A stretch of 59,933 nucleotides of DNA from an uncultured bacterium (GTDB lineage Bacteria; Hydrothermota; Hydrothermia; LBFQ01). Each line of letters begins with the position of its first letter. Positions within the stretch are counted from its first letter, which is position 1. This document shows, one piece after another, positions 17,677-28,312 of the stretch. The notes under the pieces were generated by a model, which searched no databases, was not told the origin of the DNA, and worked only from the letters and a program-made list of their open reading frames with translations. The DNA is taken from positions 1 to 59,933 of the forward strand of contig CAYYQD010000004.1 in assembly GCA_964473735.1 (NCBI GenBank). Reading direction: 5' to 3'. A program made the translations under genes and the position numbers.

Positions 17677-18611
17677 TAGGGGATACAACATCCGGGAGGG
17701 TAAGGGGAGGTTTCCTTGGACACGCCGTAGGGGACGCTTTAGGGTTCCCCTACGAGGGGAGGAGTCGTGAGGAGATGAGGACCCATCCGGTAGAGGGATT
17801 ACCTCCCGACCCCGTACTGTCCGACGATACGGCCATGGTGATATGTACGGCGGAGAGCCTGTGCGAGAGGGGGGAGGACGTGGAGGACGTGGCCAAACGG
17901 TTCCTCTCGTGGTTGCACGCCGGGGAATGCACTCCCCACGGTAAGGCCGTAGGGGTGGGGCGTGCCACCTCCCGCGCCCTCAAGCGTATAGCCTCCGGGG
18001 TACCACCATCGGAGGCCGGGGGACGGGAGGAGAGGGATAACGGGAACGGCTCCTTAATGCGTATGCTTCCCCTCGTGTTCTACCTGTACGGTGAGGGGGA
18101 CAGTAGGGTACTTGAGGTGGTCAGGGCCTACTCCTCCATAACCCACGCCCACCCCCGCAGCATTCTGGGGTGCCACCTCTACGTACTTTTGGGCATGGCC
18201 CTGTACGGAGGGCTCTCCATACCGGAGGCCTACGAAACCGCCGTAGCGAAGGTGAAGGCCGTCTGGAGAGGACACCCGGAGACGATACATTACCGGCGGG
18301 TGTTGAGCGGTGAGATAGCCTCACTCCCCGAGGGGGAGATAGTCTCCAGCGGGTACGTGGTGCATACGGTTGAGGCAGCGTTCTGGGTCCTGCTACGGAC
18401 GAGGTCCTTCCGTGAGGCCGTCCTCAAGGCCGTCTCCCTGGGCGGGGACACGGATACCACCGCCGCCGTCGTAGGAGGTCTGGCCGGAATACACTACACC
18501 GCCTCCTCTATACCCAGAGGGTGGGTTGAGAGGCTCCCGATGAGGGAGAGGATAGAGGCCCTGGCCGGATGTTTTTCGCGCAGATGGGGAAAGCGCAAGG
18601 GAACTTTTTAG
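17673..18611 (+). CDS. ADP-ribosylglycohydrolase (DraG/ARH family)
   Basis: GDALG, SDDT, GNGSLMR, ITH, GGDTDT. Confidence 0.92.
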   Translation: MIGDTTSGRVRGGFLGHAVGDALGFPYEGRSREEMRTHPVEGLPPDPVLSDDTAMVICTAESLCERGEDVEDVAKRFLSWLHAGECTPHGKAVGVGRATSRALKRIASGVPPSEAGGREERDNGNGSLMRMLPLVFYLYGEGDSRVLEVVRAYSSITHAHPRSILGCHLYVLLGMALYGGLSIPEAYETAVAKVKAVWRGHPETIHYRRVLSGEIASLPEGEIVSSGYVVHTVEAAFWVLLRTRSFREAVLKAVSLGGDTDTTAAVVGGLAGIHYTASSIPRGWVERLPMRERIEALAGCFSRRWGKRKGTF

Positions 18612-18643
18612 CGATTTCCGTTCTGCTTTAAAATGATAACTTA

Positions 18644-19969
18644 ATGCGTTTGAAACTATCCGACATCGCCCGCATAACTAAGGGAACGCTGATAGGGGAA
18701 GATAGGGAGGTGCTGGGAGTGGCTACGGACAGCCGCAAGGTGAAGCCGGGACAGCTGTTCGTCGCCGTCAGGGGAAACAGAATGGACGGCCATACTTTCG
18801 TTTCGGACGCCTTCTCCAAGGGGGCCTCCGGGGCCATAGTTGAGAGGGTCGTGCCCGGTCTGGAGGCCGGTGTGGTGGTTAAAGACACCTACGGCGCCCT
18901 CAGGGAGATGGTCCGTTTCCGAAGGGAGAGCTTTAACGGACAGGTGGTGGCCGTTTTGGGTGCAGTCGGTAAGACCACGACGAAGGAGATGCTCCTTCAG
19001 GTTCTGCGAAGCTTCTACAGCGTAGCCGGACCCATAAAGAGCTTCAACAACCTGATGGGAGTGGCCCTGACAGTTCTGAACACCACGGGCAAAGAAGACG
19101 TATGGGTTCTGGAGCTCGGGACGAACCGTAAGGGAGAGATAGAGGAGTTGGCCTCCATCACCCTGCCGGACCACGTGATATACACCAAGTTGGGTCCGGA
19201 GCATCTGGAGGGTCTGGGGAGCACCCACGGGGCGGTTGAGGAGGAGTACTCCGCCCTGAAATGGTCCTCCGGCTTCGTGCTGGTACCGGACGACGCCCCC
19301 CACTTCCCGGACGTACCCCATTACCGGTACGGCTTCTCCGAAGGGGCCCGGTTCAGAGGAGAGGGCCTGCGGTTGTCGGAGGAGGGGGTGTCCTTCACGT
19401 TTGAGGGGTACGAGTTCTTTATACCTTACCCTCACGTGGGCTTCGCCGACAACGCCCTGGCCGTTGCCTCCTTTTCAAAGCTCTTTGGGGTACCCCTGCC
19501 GGACGTCGCCGACATCCTCCGGGGGTTCAAGGGCCAGCCCATGCGTATGGAGAAGGTACGGGTCGGTGGGATGCTCATCATAAACGACGCCTATAACTCC
19601 AACCCCATATCCGTTGAGGGTGTCCTCCGCTCCGTCTCCATGCTTTACGGTGATCGTAAGGTGCTCTTCGTCTTCGGGGATATGCTGGAGTTAGGTGAGG
19701 AGTCCGAATACTGGCACCGGTGGGCGGGCAGGAAGATGTGTAAGTACGGCATATCCGAGGTCGTGGGGTACGGAAATCTCAGCCGTTTCACCGTAGAGGA
19801 GGCCGGAGGGTGCGGGGTCCCGGGCTGGGTGGCCTCCTCCCACGACGAGGTAGTGGCCTACCTCCAGAGATGGGGGGGAGAGGTCGTGGTGGTCAAGGGA
19901 TCAAGGGGGATGGAGATGGAGAGGGTGGTTGAGGGGGTGTTGAGGGCGTACAACGTGGAACGTTTATAA
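18644..19969 (+). CDS. murF: UDP-N-acetylmuramoyl-tripeptide--D-Ala-D-Ala ligase
   Basis: TDSR, GKTTTKEM, SFNN, NDAYNSNP, GDMLELG, VKGSRGM. Confidence 0.93.
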   Translation: MRLKLSDIARITKGTLIGEDREVLGVATDSRKVKPGQLFVAVRGNRMDGHTFVSDAFSKGASGAIVERVVPGLEAGVVVKDTYGALREMVRFRRESFNGQVVAVLGAVGKTTTKEMLLQVLRSFYSVAGPIKSFNNLMGVALTVLNTTGKEDVWVLELGTNRKGEIEELASITLPDHVIYTKLGPEHLEGLGSTHGAVEEEYSALKWSSGFVLVPDDAPHFPDVPHYRYGFSEGARFRGEGLRLSEEGVSFTFEGYEFFIPYPHVGFADNALAVASFSKLFGVPLPDVADILRGFKGQPMRMEKVRVGGMLIINDAYNSNPISVEGVLRSVSMLYGDRKVLFVFGDMLELGEESEYWHRWAGRKMCKYGISEVVGYGNLSRFTVEEAGGCGVPGWVASSHDEVVAYLQRWGGEVVVVKGSRGMEMERVVEGVLRAYNVERL

Positions 19970-20138
19970 AGTTTCACGCCCATTAGTATAAGGTCCGGAG
20001 ACGGCGGCGAACTGGTACGGGAGAGTGCGCACATCTCCAGCAATTTCGGGCCACAAACGGTAAGATTCGTGGATGTGGGCATCCCCATTGTGCGTCGCCC
20101 CTTCGGTTGTAGATGGCCTGAGCTTATAATAAGCGGTC

Positions 20139-20543
20139 GTGTGGCTTCTGTACTCCCTTCTGACGATCCTCTTCTGGGGAGCGTGGGGATTTCTGGTAAA
20201 GGTGGCCTCCTATCACCTCCGGTGGTACCAGATTTACGTTTTAGGGAACGTGGCAGCCCTGCTCCTGTCTTTCGCTCTGACCGTCCATGGGGGGTGGAGG
20301 GACCTCCTCTCGGGTAAGTACGCCCTCTACGGGGTCTTAGCCGGCGTTATGGGTACCCTCGGCTACATCTTCTTCATACTATCCACGGAGAAGGGTAAGG
20401 TCTCAATAGTGGTCCCCCTCACCGCCACCTACCCCGTAATCACCTTTCTGTTGGGGGTATTGCTCTTAGGAGAGAAGGTGGAGATGAGGCACGTACTCGG
20501 TACTCTACTCGCCGTAGTGGGGGCCATCCTCCTATCGCTGTGA
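20139..20543 (+). CDS. EamA/DMT family small transporter (single domain)
   Basis: About 5 TM helices; GKVSIVVPL..YP and LLGEKV. Confidence 0.85.
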   Translation: MWLLYSLLTILFWGAWGFLVKVASYHLRWYQIYVLGNVAALLLSFALTVHGGWRDLLSGKYALYGVLAGVMGTLGYIFFILSTEKGKVSIVVPLTATYPVITFLLGVLLLGEKVEMRHVLGTLLAVVGAILLSL

Positions 20544-20566
20544 ATTCCACCTTTAGAATACGGTGA

Positions 20567-23500
20567 ATGATAGCCTTCCTCTTCGCTTCCTTCGTTAAGG
20601 AAGTCAAGCCTTTACCGGGTGAGGTGGTGACCTTTAGGGTTCAAATACCCCATGGGGCGCGCTATGAGGTGTCGTGCGGTGCCTGTACCTACAGGGAAGT
20701 CACTTCCGAGGGCGTCAGGTACCTGTTCTTTACGGTGAAAGATACGGACAGGGTTTCGGTCCTCTTCCCGGGGGTCAGAGGGGAACCTCCGGCAAGGATA
20801 AACGAGAGGACCCACGCCCTGCTTTACTCTATGGAGAACCCCCATCCGGAGTGGGTAAGGAAACCGGCATATAAAACGCCGGCGTTTGAGGATCCGTTTT
20901 CCAAGGCAGAGGTATGGGTGAAGCTGAAGATCACCAGAGCGGGTGTGTACGAGATAACCTACGACATGCTCCGCTCCCTCGGGGTGGACCCCACCCTTTA
21001 CCCCATATCCTCCTACAAGATGATAGCCATGTTAGACACCTTTCCCTCCAGATTGGACTCGGCCGGCGTGTGGGGTAGAGAGGTCAGGATATGGGTAGAT
21101 ACGGCCGGACGGAGGATCCTCTTCTGGGGGGAACCTATGGCCTCGTACAGGGTTAAGGACACGACCGTTCTGTTCTTCCGGAACCCGTACACCGACACCT
21201 CGGTGTATTTCCTTGGACTCGGTGGGGAGCCCGGCAAGAGGATTGAGGTGGCCCGCTTCTCCCCCGGAGACCCCGTCAGGCCTTTGAACGTATACAGGAG
21301 GGAGGAGGACCTCTACAACGTGGGGAAGAAGGGGAGAGTATGGCTCGGACGGGAGATGATCAGGCTGGCTACGGACCCCGACAGGACCTTCCCCGACACC
21401 TTCACCCTACGGGACTTAGACGAGAATTACGGGGCCGTACTTCTAAGGAGCGCCGTGGCTACGGACGAGTTCTCCGACTCCGCCGTGGTCGTCCTCAGCG
21501 TGAACGACTACTTCTGCGACTCCGTACACCTCCTATCCGCCCGGTACGGTACCATGTCCTGCGTACCTACGGTCGTACGGGGCTCCAACGACATAGCATA
21601 CACGCTTATGGCTGTGGGATCCGCCCAGACGGTCTATCTGGACTACTACGAGATACTGTATTACTCCGTAGGAACGTACTCCAACTCGGGAACCTTCTTC
21701 GTTAAGCATCCCGGACGCTTCACCCTGACGCTCCACGGAAACCGCCCCGTATTCGTGTGGGACGTGAGCGACATATACTCGCCCCGGATACTGGAGGGCT
21801 ACACCTACAGCGGGGGGAACCTTGTAATAAACGACAGCTCCGGTCCCTCCGGCTGGGCCAAGATATACGTCTCCAACTTCACCCGGAGACCCGTATCGCT
21901 TGAGCTGTTCAGCCCGAAGGGGTTGAGGGGCCTCAGGGTTGATTACGTCGCCATAGGGTCCGATAGGTTCAGGGGAGTGTTCGCACCGTTCCTGAACTAC
22001 CGGAAGAACCACATGCCCCGCCTTGAGGGGAGCAGGTGGGTGATGGGGAGCGGAACCGTAGCGTGGGTGAGCCTAAGGGACATATACGACGAGTTCGGCC
22101 TTGGCAACCCCGATCCCACGGCCATACGGAACTTCCTGTACCAGATGAACGTCGCATCCTCCGGACAGCAACCCCTATACGTGGTCTTAGTGGGAGACGG
22201 CACCTACGACTACCGGGGCCTAACCTCCTCCTACTTCCCCGATGGGGTGCCGCCCTTCTACTACAAGGACCTCAGCCTATCCATAAACCGTGAGACCTCG
22301 GGTGCATCCGACGACTACTACGTAGATTTTGACGGGGACCGGTACGGGAACGTCGGGATAGGCAGGATACCCGTACGTACGGAGGAGGAGCTACAGGAGT
22401 ACCTTGATAAAGTGCGCGATTACGAGGCCCTGCGCTACGATGGGGCGTGGAGGTTCAAGGTGATGTTAGTGGCGGACGACCAGTACGGCAGTACGCTGTG
22501 CGAGACCGTACATACCCTGGACATCTTCTACCGAATAATGCCGGAGATACCGGATTGGATGGTGGTCAATCCCTTCCTGCTTCAGGAGTACCCCTTTGAA
22601 GGCCCCACAAAACCGGAGGCAACGAGAGACCTCCTCCGCTTCCTCAACAGGGGGTACCTGATGGTCAGCTTTTTCATCCACGGGAACCCTCTACTCATGG
22701 CCCACGAGAAGCTCCTCACGATGGAGGACGTTCCCAAGATAAAGACCGACGGTAAGCACCCGTTTATAACCGTCCTATCCTGTAAGGTGGGAGCCTACGA
22801 CAGGCTGGATCCACCGCACGTTCTGGGTGAAGAGCTGGCCCTGACGCGGGACCGTGCCATAGCCGTACTCTCCTCTACGGCCCTATCTTACGCCAACGAC
22901 AACTCCTCCTACGCCCGGGTCATCTACAGGTACATCCACGATCACGGCAAGACCCCTATCGGCTATCTGGCCATCGCTGGTAAGAACCTTCCATTCTACG
23001 TTCTACTCGGGGATCCGGCCGTTATGCTGGCTTTACCGGACTCCTCGGGTAAGGTCCTGACCGAGGACGTATTCCTGACGCGCGGTAAAAAGAACTCCGC
23101 CTTAGGGGGTGGCGAAGGGAAGTTCGCCGCCTTTGACCTCCCGGACGAGGATACGGTGGTGTTCTACTGCGGCAGCAACGTTTACGAGTACAGCTACTAC
23201 CGTATGAGGCCCACCGTATTTGAAGGACCGTCGCCTTCCGACACCGTGCGCTTCTGGATACCCCTTCGGGGTCGCCTCAGTAAGCCAACCTACGTCTCCG
23301 TAGGTCAGGGGCACGCTGTCGTCCCCGTTTATAAAGAGCCCACCGAACACGCCGTTCTGATATGGTGGAACGGATGGACCTCCCGCATCGGCATGTACCC
23401 CATAACCCGGGTCAATCCCGTCTTAGGTACCGAAAAGCCTAAGGTCAAGGGTTTCTACGCCGGGGACGAGCTCCAGAGCGGTTTCCGTCTTCCCGTGAAA

Positions 23501-24043
23501 GCTACGCTTAAGTTCAGGTTCTACAGCCGGGAGGGCTTTGATATAAGGACAACTGGTAGGGAGGCCTCCCCTCCGAGGATAATCCTTGACAACAGCTCCG
23601 CAGACGTCCTTCAGGCCCACATTCTGGACGATACGACGGCGGAGGCGACCTACACCGTGGATTACTCCTCCGACCCCGGCACCCACAACGTGGCCGTATC
23701 CATAACGAGCGCCCTGGGTATAAGGGGGTACTCCACGTGGGACCTCGGCTTCGTTGAAAAGGACCTCAAGGTTAAGGACCTTCTGGCCTATCCCAACCCT
23801 TACAGAGGTGGGAACTTTTACCTCACCTTCAAGCTGACCAAGGACGCCGACGTACAGCTCCGCCTATACACCCCTACGGGCAGGCTCGTAAGGTCTTACG
23901 ATTTGGGGTCCATGAGCGCCGGTTTCAACAGCGTACCTCTTGACCTTCCGGATCTGGCCAACGGGATATACGTGGTGGTGGTGGATGCGTGGAACGACAA
24001 CGGATCCAACAAAGCCTTTACGAGGATTTTAGTATTGAAATAG
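20567..24043 (+). CDS. porU: PorU-like C25 (gingipain-family) cysteine peptidase, putative T9SS sortase
   Basis: WVKLKITRAGVYEITY, NPYTD..YFL, IYDEF..G.PDPTAIRNF, GDGTYDYR, IGRIPV, catalytic HG (IHGN) and SC (LSCKVG), LLGDP; CTD beginning YPNP. Confidence 0.8.
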   Translation: MIAFLFASFVKEVKPLPGEVVTFRVQIPHGARYEVSCGACTYREVTSEGVRYLFFTVKDTDRVSVLFPGVRGEPPARINERTHALLYSMENPHPEWVRKPAYKTPAFEDPFSKAEVWVKLKITRAGVYEITYDMLRSLGVDPTLYPISSYKMIAMLDTFPSRLDSAGVWGREVRIWVDTAGRRILFWGEPMASYRVKDTTVLFFRNPYTDTSVYFLGLGGEPGKRIEVARFSPGDPVRPLNVYRREEDLYNVGKKGRVWLGREMIRLATDPDRTFPDTFTLRDLDENYGAVLLRSAVATDEFSDSAVVVLSVNDYFCDSVHLLSARYGTMSCVPTVVRGSNDIAYTLMAVGSAQTVYLDYYEILYYSVGTYSNSGTFFVKHPGRFTLTLHGNRPVFVWDVSDIYSPRILEGYTYSGGNLVINDSSGPSGWAKIYVSNFTRRPVSLELFSPKGLRGLRVDYVAIGSDRFRGVFAPFLNYRKNHMPRLEGSRWVMGSGTVAWVSLRDIYDEFGLGNPDPTAIRNFLYQMNVASSGQQPLYVVLVGDGTYDYRGLTSSYFPDGVPPFYYKDLSLSINRETSGASDDYYVDFDGDRYGNVGIGRIPVRTEEELQEYLDKVRDYEALRYDGAWRFKVMLVADDQYGSTLCETVHTLDIFYRIMPEIPDWMVVNPFLLQEYPFEGPTKPEATRDLLRFLNRGYLMVSFFIHGNPLLMAHEKLLTMEDVPKIKTDGKHPFITVLSCKVGAYDRLDPPHVLGEELALTRDRAIAVLSSTALSYANDNSSYARVIYRYIHDHGKTPIGYLAIAGKNLPFYVLLGDPAVMLALPDSSGKVLTEDVFLTRGKKNSALGGGEGKFAAFDLPDEDTVVFYCGSNVYEYSYYRMRPTVFEGPSPSDTVRFWIPLRGRLSKPTYVSVGQGHAVVPVYKEPTEHAVLIWWNGWTSRIGMYPITRVNPVLGTEKPKVKGFYAGDELQSGFRLPVKATLKFRFYSREGFDIRTTGREASPPRIILDNSSADVLQAHILDDTTAEATYTVDYSSDPGTHNVAVSITSALGIRGYSTWDLGFVEKDLKVKDLLAYPNPYRGGNFYLTFKLTKDADVQLRLYTPTGRLVRSYDLGSMSAGFNSVPLDLPDLANGIYVVVVDAWNDNGSNKAFTRILVLK

Positions 24044-24058
24044 CCGTAGAATAGACGC

Positions 24059-24682
24059 ATGTTTCCCATCAAGGACGACGTACCTTCCCGTAGCGTACCC
24101 TATCTTACGTGGCTCATCGTGGTGGTAAGTACGCTCATATTCCTCATAGAGACCCCCGCCATGATACAGAAATGGGGTTTCGTCCCCGCGAGGTTCTGGA
24201 TGGGGGGGGACGAGGTTAACATGATAACCTACGCCTTCCTGCACGGCAACCTCCTCCATATCTTCGGCAACATGTACTACCTGTACATCTTCGGGGACAA
24301 CGTTGAGGACGGGCTCGGGAAGGTGGGTTATATCGCCCTGTTCCTGACGTCCGCCATACTCGGTGCCTTCTTTCACGCCGTAGCCTATCCCCACTCCTTA
24401 GCCCCCCTCGTCGGAGCTTCGGGAGCCATATCCGGAATATTGGCGGCTTACATGATAATGTACCCCACAGCACGGATATACACGGTTATATGGTGGTGGA
24501 TATACGAGATCCCGGCCTACTACTATATAGGTCTCTGGATAGCCATGCAGTACTTCTACGCTCTTACGGGTGTGGAGAGCGGGGTGGCGTGGTGGGCCCA
24601 CATAGGGGGCTTCGTCGGTGGAATACCCTTCGGGATAATAGGGCGCTTTATAAGGAGGGAAGGAAGGTACTGGGACGTGTAG
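24059..24682 (+). CDS. Rhomboid intramembrane serine protease
   Basis: FLHG, FGDNVE, GASGAISG, WWAHIGGF. Confidence 0.93.
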   Translation: MFPIKDDVPSRSVPYLTWLIVVVSTLIFLIETPAMIQKWGFVPARFWMGGDEVNMITYAFLHGNLLHIFGNMYYLYIFGDNVEDGLGKVGYIALFLTSAILGAFFHAVAYPHSLAPLVGASGAISGILAAYMIMYPTARIYTVIWWWIYEIPAYYYIGLWIAMQYFYALTGVESGVAWWAHIGGFVGGIPFGIIGRFIRREGRYWDV

Positions 24683-24750
24683 ACGCCTCCTCTTCGGTGG
24701 GGGTTATCCGTTAGTTAGGGACACAAACGGTATGCCCGCAACGGTGAGCC

Positions 24751-27700
24751 TTAATCTTCGTACAGCTCCTTTCTGACACCGTAGATCTCCTTCAGTACAT
24801 CCCTCCAATCCACCTCCCCCCTCTCTATCCTGTCCATAGCCTCCTCAATCCTCCTCGTAAGGTCCTCGCTCAGGTACTCACCGTATCGGCTCATCAGAAA
24901 CCTGTAGACCCTCTCCCCCAGAGGGGTTGAGTACAGATAACCCGCTTTACTCCTGACCACGTACCCTCTCTTGAGCAGGGTCTCTACTATCTTGGCGTAG
25001 GTGGAGGGTCTCCCCAAACCCCGACGCTTCATCTCCTGAATAAGGGTTCCGTCCGTAAACGGTCTCACTCTGGGCACCTTCCTTATAAAGGGCTTACCTA
25101 TATCCGACTTTCCGCTAAAGAGTACGAACGTGGGCCATATAAGGTCAAACCCCCTCTGGGTCACCTCCAGAACCACCTTTGCCTCTAAGGTCTTTACCGT
25201 TACCTTACCCTCCAGAGCTACGACAGGCCTCATCTGGGATGCCATAAAGCGTTTGAAAATAATGTCGTACAGCTCAAGGGCCCTCTCGGGGATCTCAAGG
25301 AGACCCGCCGCCACCATTGAACGGAGGGTGTTAGCCGTAAGGGGCCGGGTGGGTCGGATGCACTCGTGAGCCCCTCCCTCCCCCCAGCTGCGCGGATAGA
25401 AGTACTCTTCACCGAAGCTCTCGCTTATGTAAGGTTTGGCTACCGAGTACTTGCCGAAGTCGGAGACCCGGGTGGAGTCCGTGCGATGGTAGGTTATCAA
25501 CCCCTTTTCAAAGAGATCCTGAAGGAGGTGCATAGTCTCACCGGCGTCCATCCTCAACCTCACGTTGGCGTCCTCTAAGACCGTGTCCGTCGTGTAAGGG
25601 GGAAGCGGTCGGTATTCGCTCTCACCCGTGGGGATTACCTTCACGTCGCTCGGGGTTATATTCTGTAGGTCGTTAAAAACCTCTCGGGCCCGTCTCCAGT
25701 CGTCGTACCGTCTCTCTAAAGTGACGTTCCCGACCCCTACACCCACCACGTAGGCCTTCCGGCGACTCTCCTTCGTGCGCTCTATTACCCAGCCCAGTAC
25801 GGGAGTTTGAACCCTCCCGGCCGATAGGTGCTCGTTCTTGAACACCTTCCAGAGTATCCGTGAGAAGGTAAAACCTACCCACCTGTCGGCTATGCGTCGG
25901 GTCATCTGGGCCTTGACCCGGTTCAGGTCCGTGTCGCGGGGGTTCTCAAGTGCCTCTTTGAAGGCCCTCGGCGTTATTTCGTGGAACTCGGCCCGCTTTA
26001 TCCGGGCGTTAAAGGGACGGACGTTTAGGAAAAGGTCGTAGGCTATCTTCTCCCCTTCGGCGTCGGGATCCGTAGCCACGAAGACCTCATCCACCTCGTA
26101 GCCTATCTCCCTTATGGCCCGAAGGACGCCCAGTTTGTCCTCTACGTTCTTCTCTCCACAGCGGCGCCGCAGGTAATCGTGGTCGGTGTGTTGCTCCCCG
26201 GTCGTCCTGCATCGTTTGATTGTGTCGTATATTCCTACGTACTTGTGATCCTCCGTCAGGACGCCGAAGAAACCTCCCTCACTTACCAGATCCAGAACGT
26301 GGCCAAGAGAGGCCAGTACAGTTAGGACCCTCTGACCGACAGGTATCTCGTAGGCTACGGCCTCTCCGACGATGCGCACCTGTGGTCTGCCGAAGAAAGA
26401 GGCTATGGTGCGGGCCTTGTTGGGCGACTCAACCACCACCAGGGTGCTCCTAAACAGGTCCCTGCTCTCCGCCCTTATGCGACCCTCCAATATCTCTCTG
26501 GCCCTACGACGATCCTCGTCAATCCTGCGCAGGACCTCACGTAGGTCTATATCTCCGAAGTTCTTGAACTCCACGTCGTGCTGCATGAAGTAGAAACGCA
26601 GGCGCTTCTGCAGGCTGCGGAAGGCCTTACCGTCCCACACCATGAGGACGCTTAAACCCAGAGTCATACCCCCGGCGACCAGTCGGGAGGTCCTCCCCGA
26701 CGCCTGCAGGTAAGTGCTGGCATCCGCCACCACCAGATATAAGTTCCCCTCCTGCTCCACCAAACCTACATCCGGAGACTGCTGAACCTTCTCAAGGAAC
26801 CCGGGATCCTTCAGAATACCTTGAAGCCAATCCCTGATCCTCTCCACCTCCGCCTTTACGCGTGCGTACCTGTCCAGATCCTCCTCCCGCATAGTCAGAT
26901 ACCGACGTAGGTAGGACATGGCCCGGCGGGCCTGCAAACGCTCCCCTTCGTCCTCCAAGAGGTCGGCTACGGCGAGCACCGTCGCGTACAGGGAGGAGGG
27001 ACGCAGACCCAACTCCAGCGGTAGCAAAAACTTGGGTACGTCCAGAAAGATGGCATATCGCACGATGTGGGGTAAGTCCAGACCGCGAACGAGGGGGTTG
27101 TTTATACGGGCCAGACCTACGGCCACATCAAAATCCTCCCCCTTCATCTTTTCGTAGATCTGCTGCGGTCTTCCGTCCAGATAGGATACGACCTTCAGGC
27201 CCCCTCTCCTGAGGTCCTCCGTCACCTTCTGAACCTCATCCCTTCCGGCGTACGATGGGAGGAATAGGAGCCCTCCTTTACCCAACCTCCTTATCAGCTC
27301 CACCATCTCCTCTCGGGCCTTCTCGTAGGATTCAACCTCGTAGTAGGTATCCAGCACGTTTCTCAGACTGGTGGTGGCCTTCTGGACGTCAAAGCCCAGA
27401 AGCTCCCTGAAGAGTCTGACACGGTTGCCCTTCGGCCTCAAAGTAGCCGACGATACCACCAGAACCGTTCCCCTCGGCCTCTCCCTGATACGTTTAAGGA
27501 TTTCGTTTTCCCTTTCGCTCCTCTCCCTCTTGAGGGCCATCTCTATCTCCCGGTCTTTAAAGCCCATAAGCCTGAACAACCTATCAACGTTCTTCCCTCT
27601 CTTGAGGAAGGAGTCTATGTCGTCCAAGAATATGAAGGCCAGATCGCCCGAGAACCCTAAGAGGCTCTCGTGATTCCTGTGGAAGAACATGTTGGTCCCG

Positions 27701-28215
27701 ATCAACACGTCCCATTCACCCGAGAGAAAAGCCTCCTTGACTCTCTTCTTGCTCTCGTAGAGCAGGATGCGCCTTTGAGTTTTGAGGACGCCTTCCATAG
27801 ACGTAAGGCGGTCGGCCGCCTGAGAGGCGAGGATGCGGGTGGGGAAGAGCAGAAGGGCTTTCCCTTTAAGGTAAAGGGCGGTTATTAGGCCGAAGGTGGT
27901 CTTCCCTACGCCCGTCGGGGCCACTATGGCAAAGGAGCGTCCCAATAGGACCCTCTTCATCCACGTTCTCTGCAGGGACCACGGGTCTCCCACGACTCTT
28001 CTGAAGGCCTCCTCGTAGCCCCTGATCTCCTTTTCCACCCGACAGTAAGCATGGAGGCCCTTCGTCTCCCTTAAATCCGAACATATCCTTAGAAGCCCGG
28101 GGGTTTTAGGGGGCTCTGGAAGGCATCTGTGGCAGGGTAGCCCCAGCGAAAGGCGGTCGTCGGATACTGGACCACCGCAGTTAGGACATCCCCGTTTGAT
28201 AAGCATCAGGGCCAT
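24751..28215 (-). CDS. rgy: Reverse gyrase
   Basis: CPNCGG Zn finger, APTGVGKT, DDID, YLQASGRTSRL, VESPNKARTI, DPDAEGE, SAGRVQ, ITYHRTDS, GLGRPSTY. Confidence 0.97.
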   Translation of the reverse strand: MALMLIKRGCPNCGGPVSDDRLSLGLPCHRCLPEPPKTPGLLRICSDLRETKGLHAYCRVEKEIRGYEEAFRRVVGDPWSLQRTWMKRVLLGRSFAIVAPTGVGKTTFGLITALYLKGKALLLFPTRILASQAADRLTSMEGVLKTQRRILLYESKKRVKEAFLSGEWDVLIGTNMFFHRNHESLLGFSGDLAFIFLDDIDSFLKRGKNVDRLFRLMGFKDREIEMALKRERSERENEILKRIRERPRGTVLVVSSATLRPKGNRVRLFRELLGFDVQKATTSLRNVLDTYYEVESYEKAREEMVELIRRLGKGGLLFLPSYAGRDEVQKVTEDLRRGGLKVVSYLDGRPQQIYEKMKGEDFDVAVGLARINNPLVRGLDLPHIVRYAIFLDVPKFLLPLELGLRPSSLYATVLAVADLLEDEGERLQARRAMSYLRRYLTMREEDLDRYARVKAEVERIRDWLQGILKDPGFLEKVQQSPDVGLVEQEGNLYLVVADASTYLQASGRTSRLVAGGMTLGLSVLMVWDGKAFRSLQKRLRFYFMQHDVEFKNFGDIDLREVLRRIDEDRRRAREILEGRIRAESRDLFRSTLVVVESPNKARTIASFFGRPQVRIVGEAVAYEIPVGQRVLTVLASLGHVLDLVSEGGFFGVLTEDHKYVGIYDTIKRCRTTGEQHTDHDYLRRRCGEKNVEDKLGVLRAIREIGYEVDEVFVATDPDAEGEKIAYDLFLNVRPFNARIKRAEFHEITPRAFKEALENPRDTDLNRVKAQMTRRIADRWVGFTFSRILWKVFKNEHLSAGRVQTPVLGWVIERTKESRRKAYVVGVGVGNVTLERRYDDWRRAREVFNDLQNITPSDVKVIPTGESEYRPLPPYTTDTVLEDANVRLRMDAGETMHLLQDLFEKGLITYHRTDSTRVSDFGKYSVAKPYISESFGEEYFYPRSWGEGGAHECIRPTRPLTANTLRSMVAAGLLEIPERALELYDIIFKRFMASQMRPVVALEGKVTVKTLEAKVVLEVTQRGFDLIWPTFVLFSGKSDIGKPFIRKVPRVRPFTDGTLIQEMKRRGLGRPSTYAKIVETLLKRGYVVRSKAGYLYSTPLGERVYRFLMSRYGEYLSEDLTRRIEEAMDRIERGEVDWRDVLKEIYGVRKELYED

Positions 28216-28222
28216 GGAGAGG

Positions 28223-28305
28223 ATTTTAGAGTAGAGCCTTAAGGACGGACGCGCGTCCTAACGATGCACCTTCTTTACAGGTACCACGCCCTTCTACGTT
28301 AGAAT
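28223..28305. promoter_or_regulatory. Divergent leaderless -10 elements (rgy / mtnP)
   Basis: TAAAAT (minus, 28228-28223) and TAGAAT (plus, 28300-28305), each 7 nt before ATG. Confidence 0.65.
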
Positions 28306-28312
28306 CCCCCCT

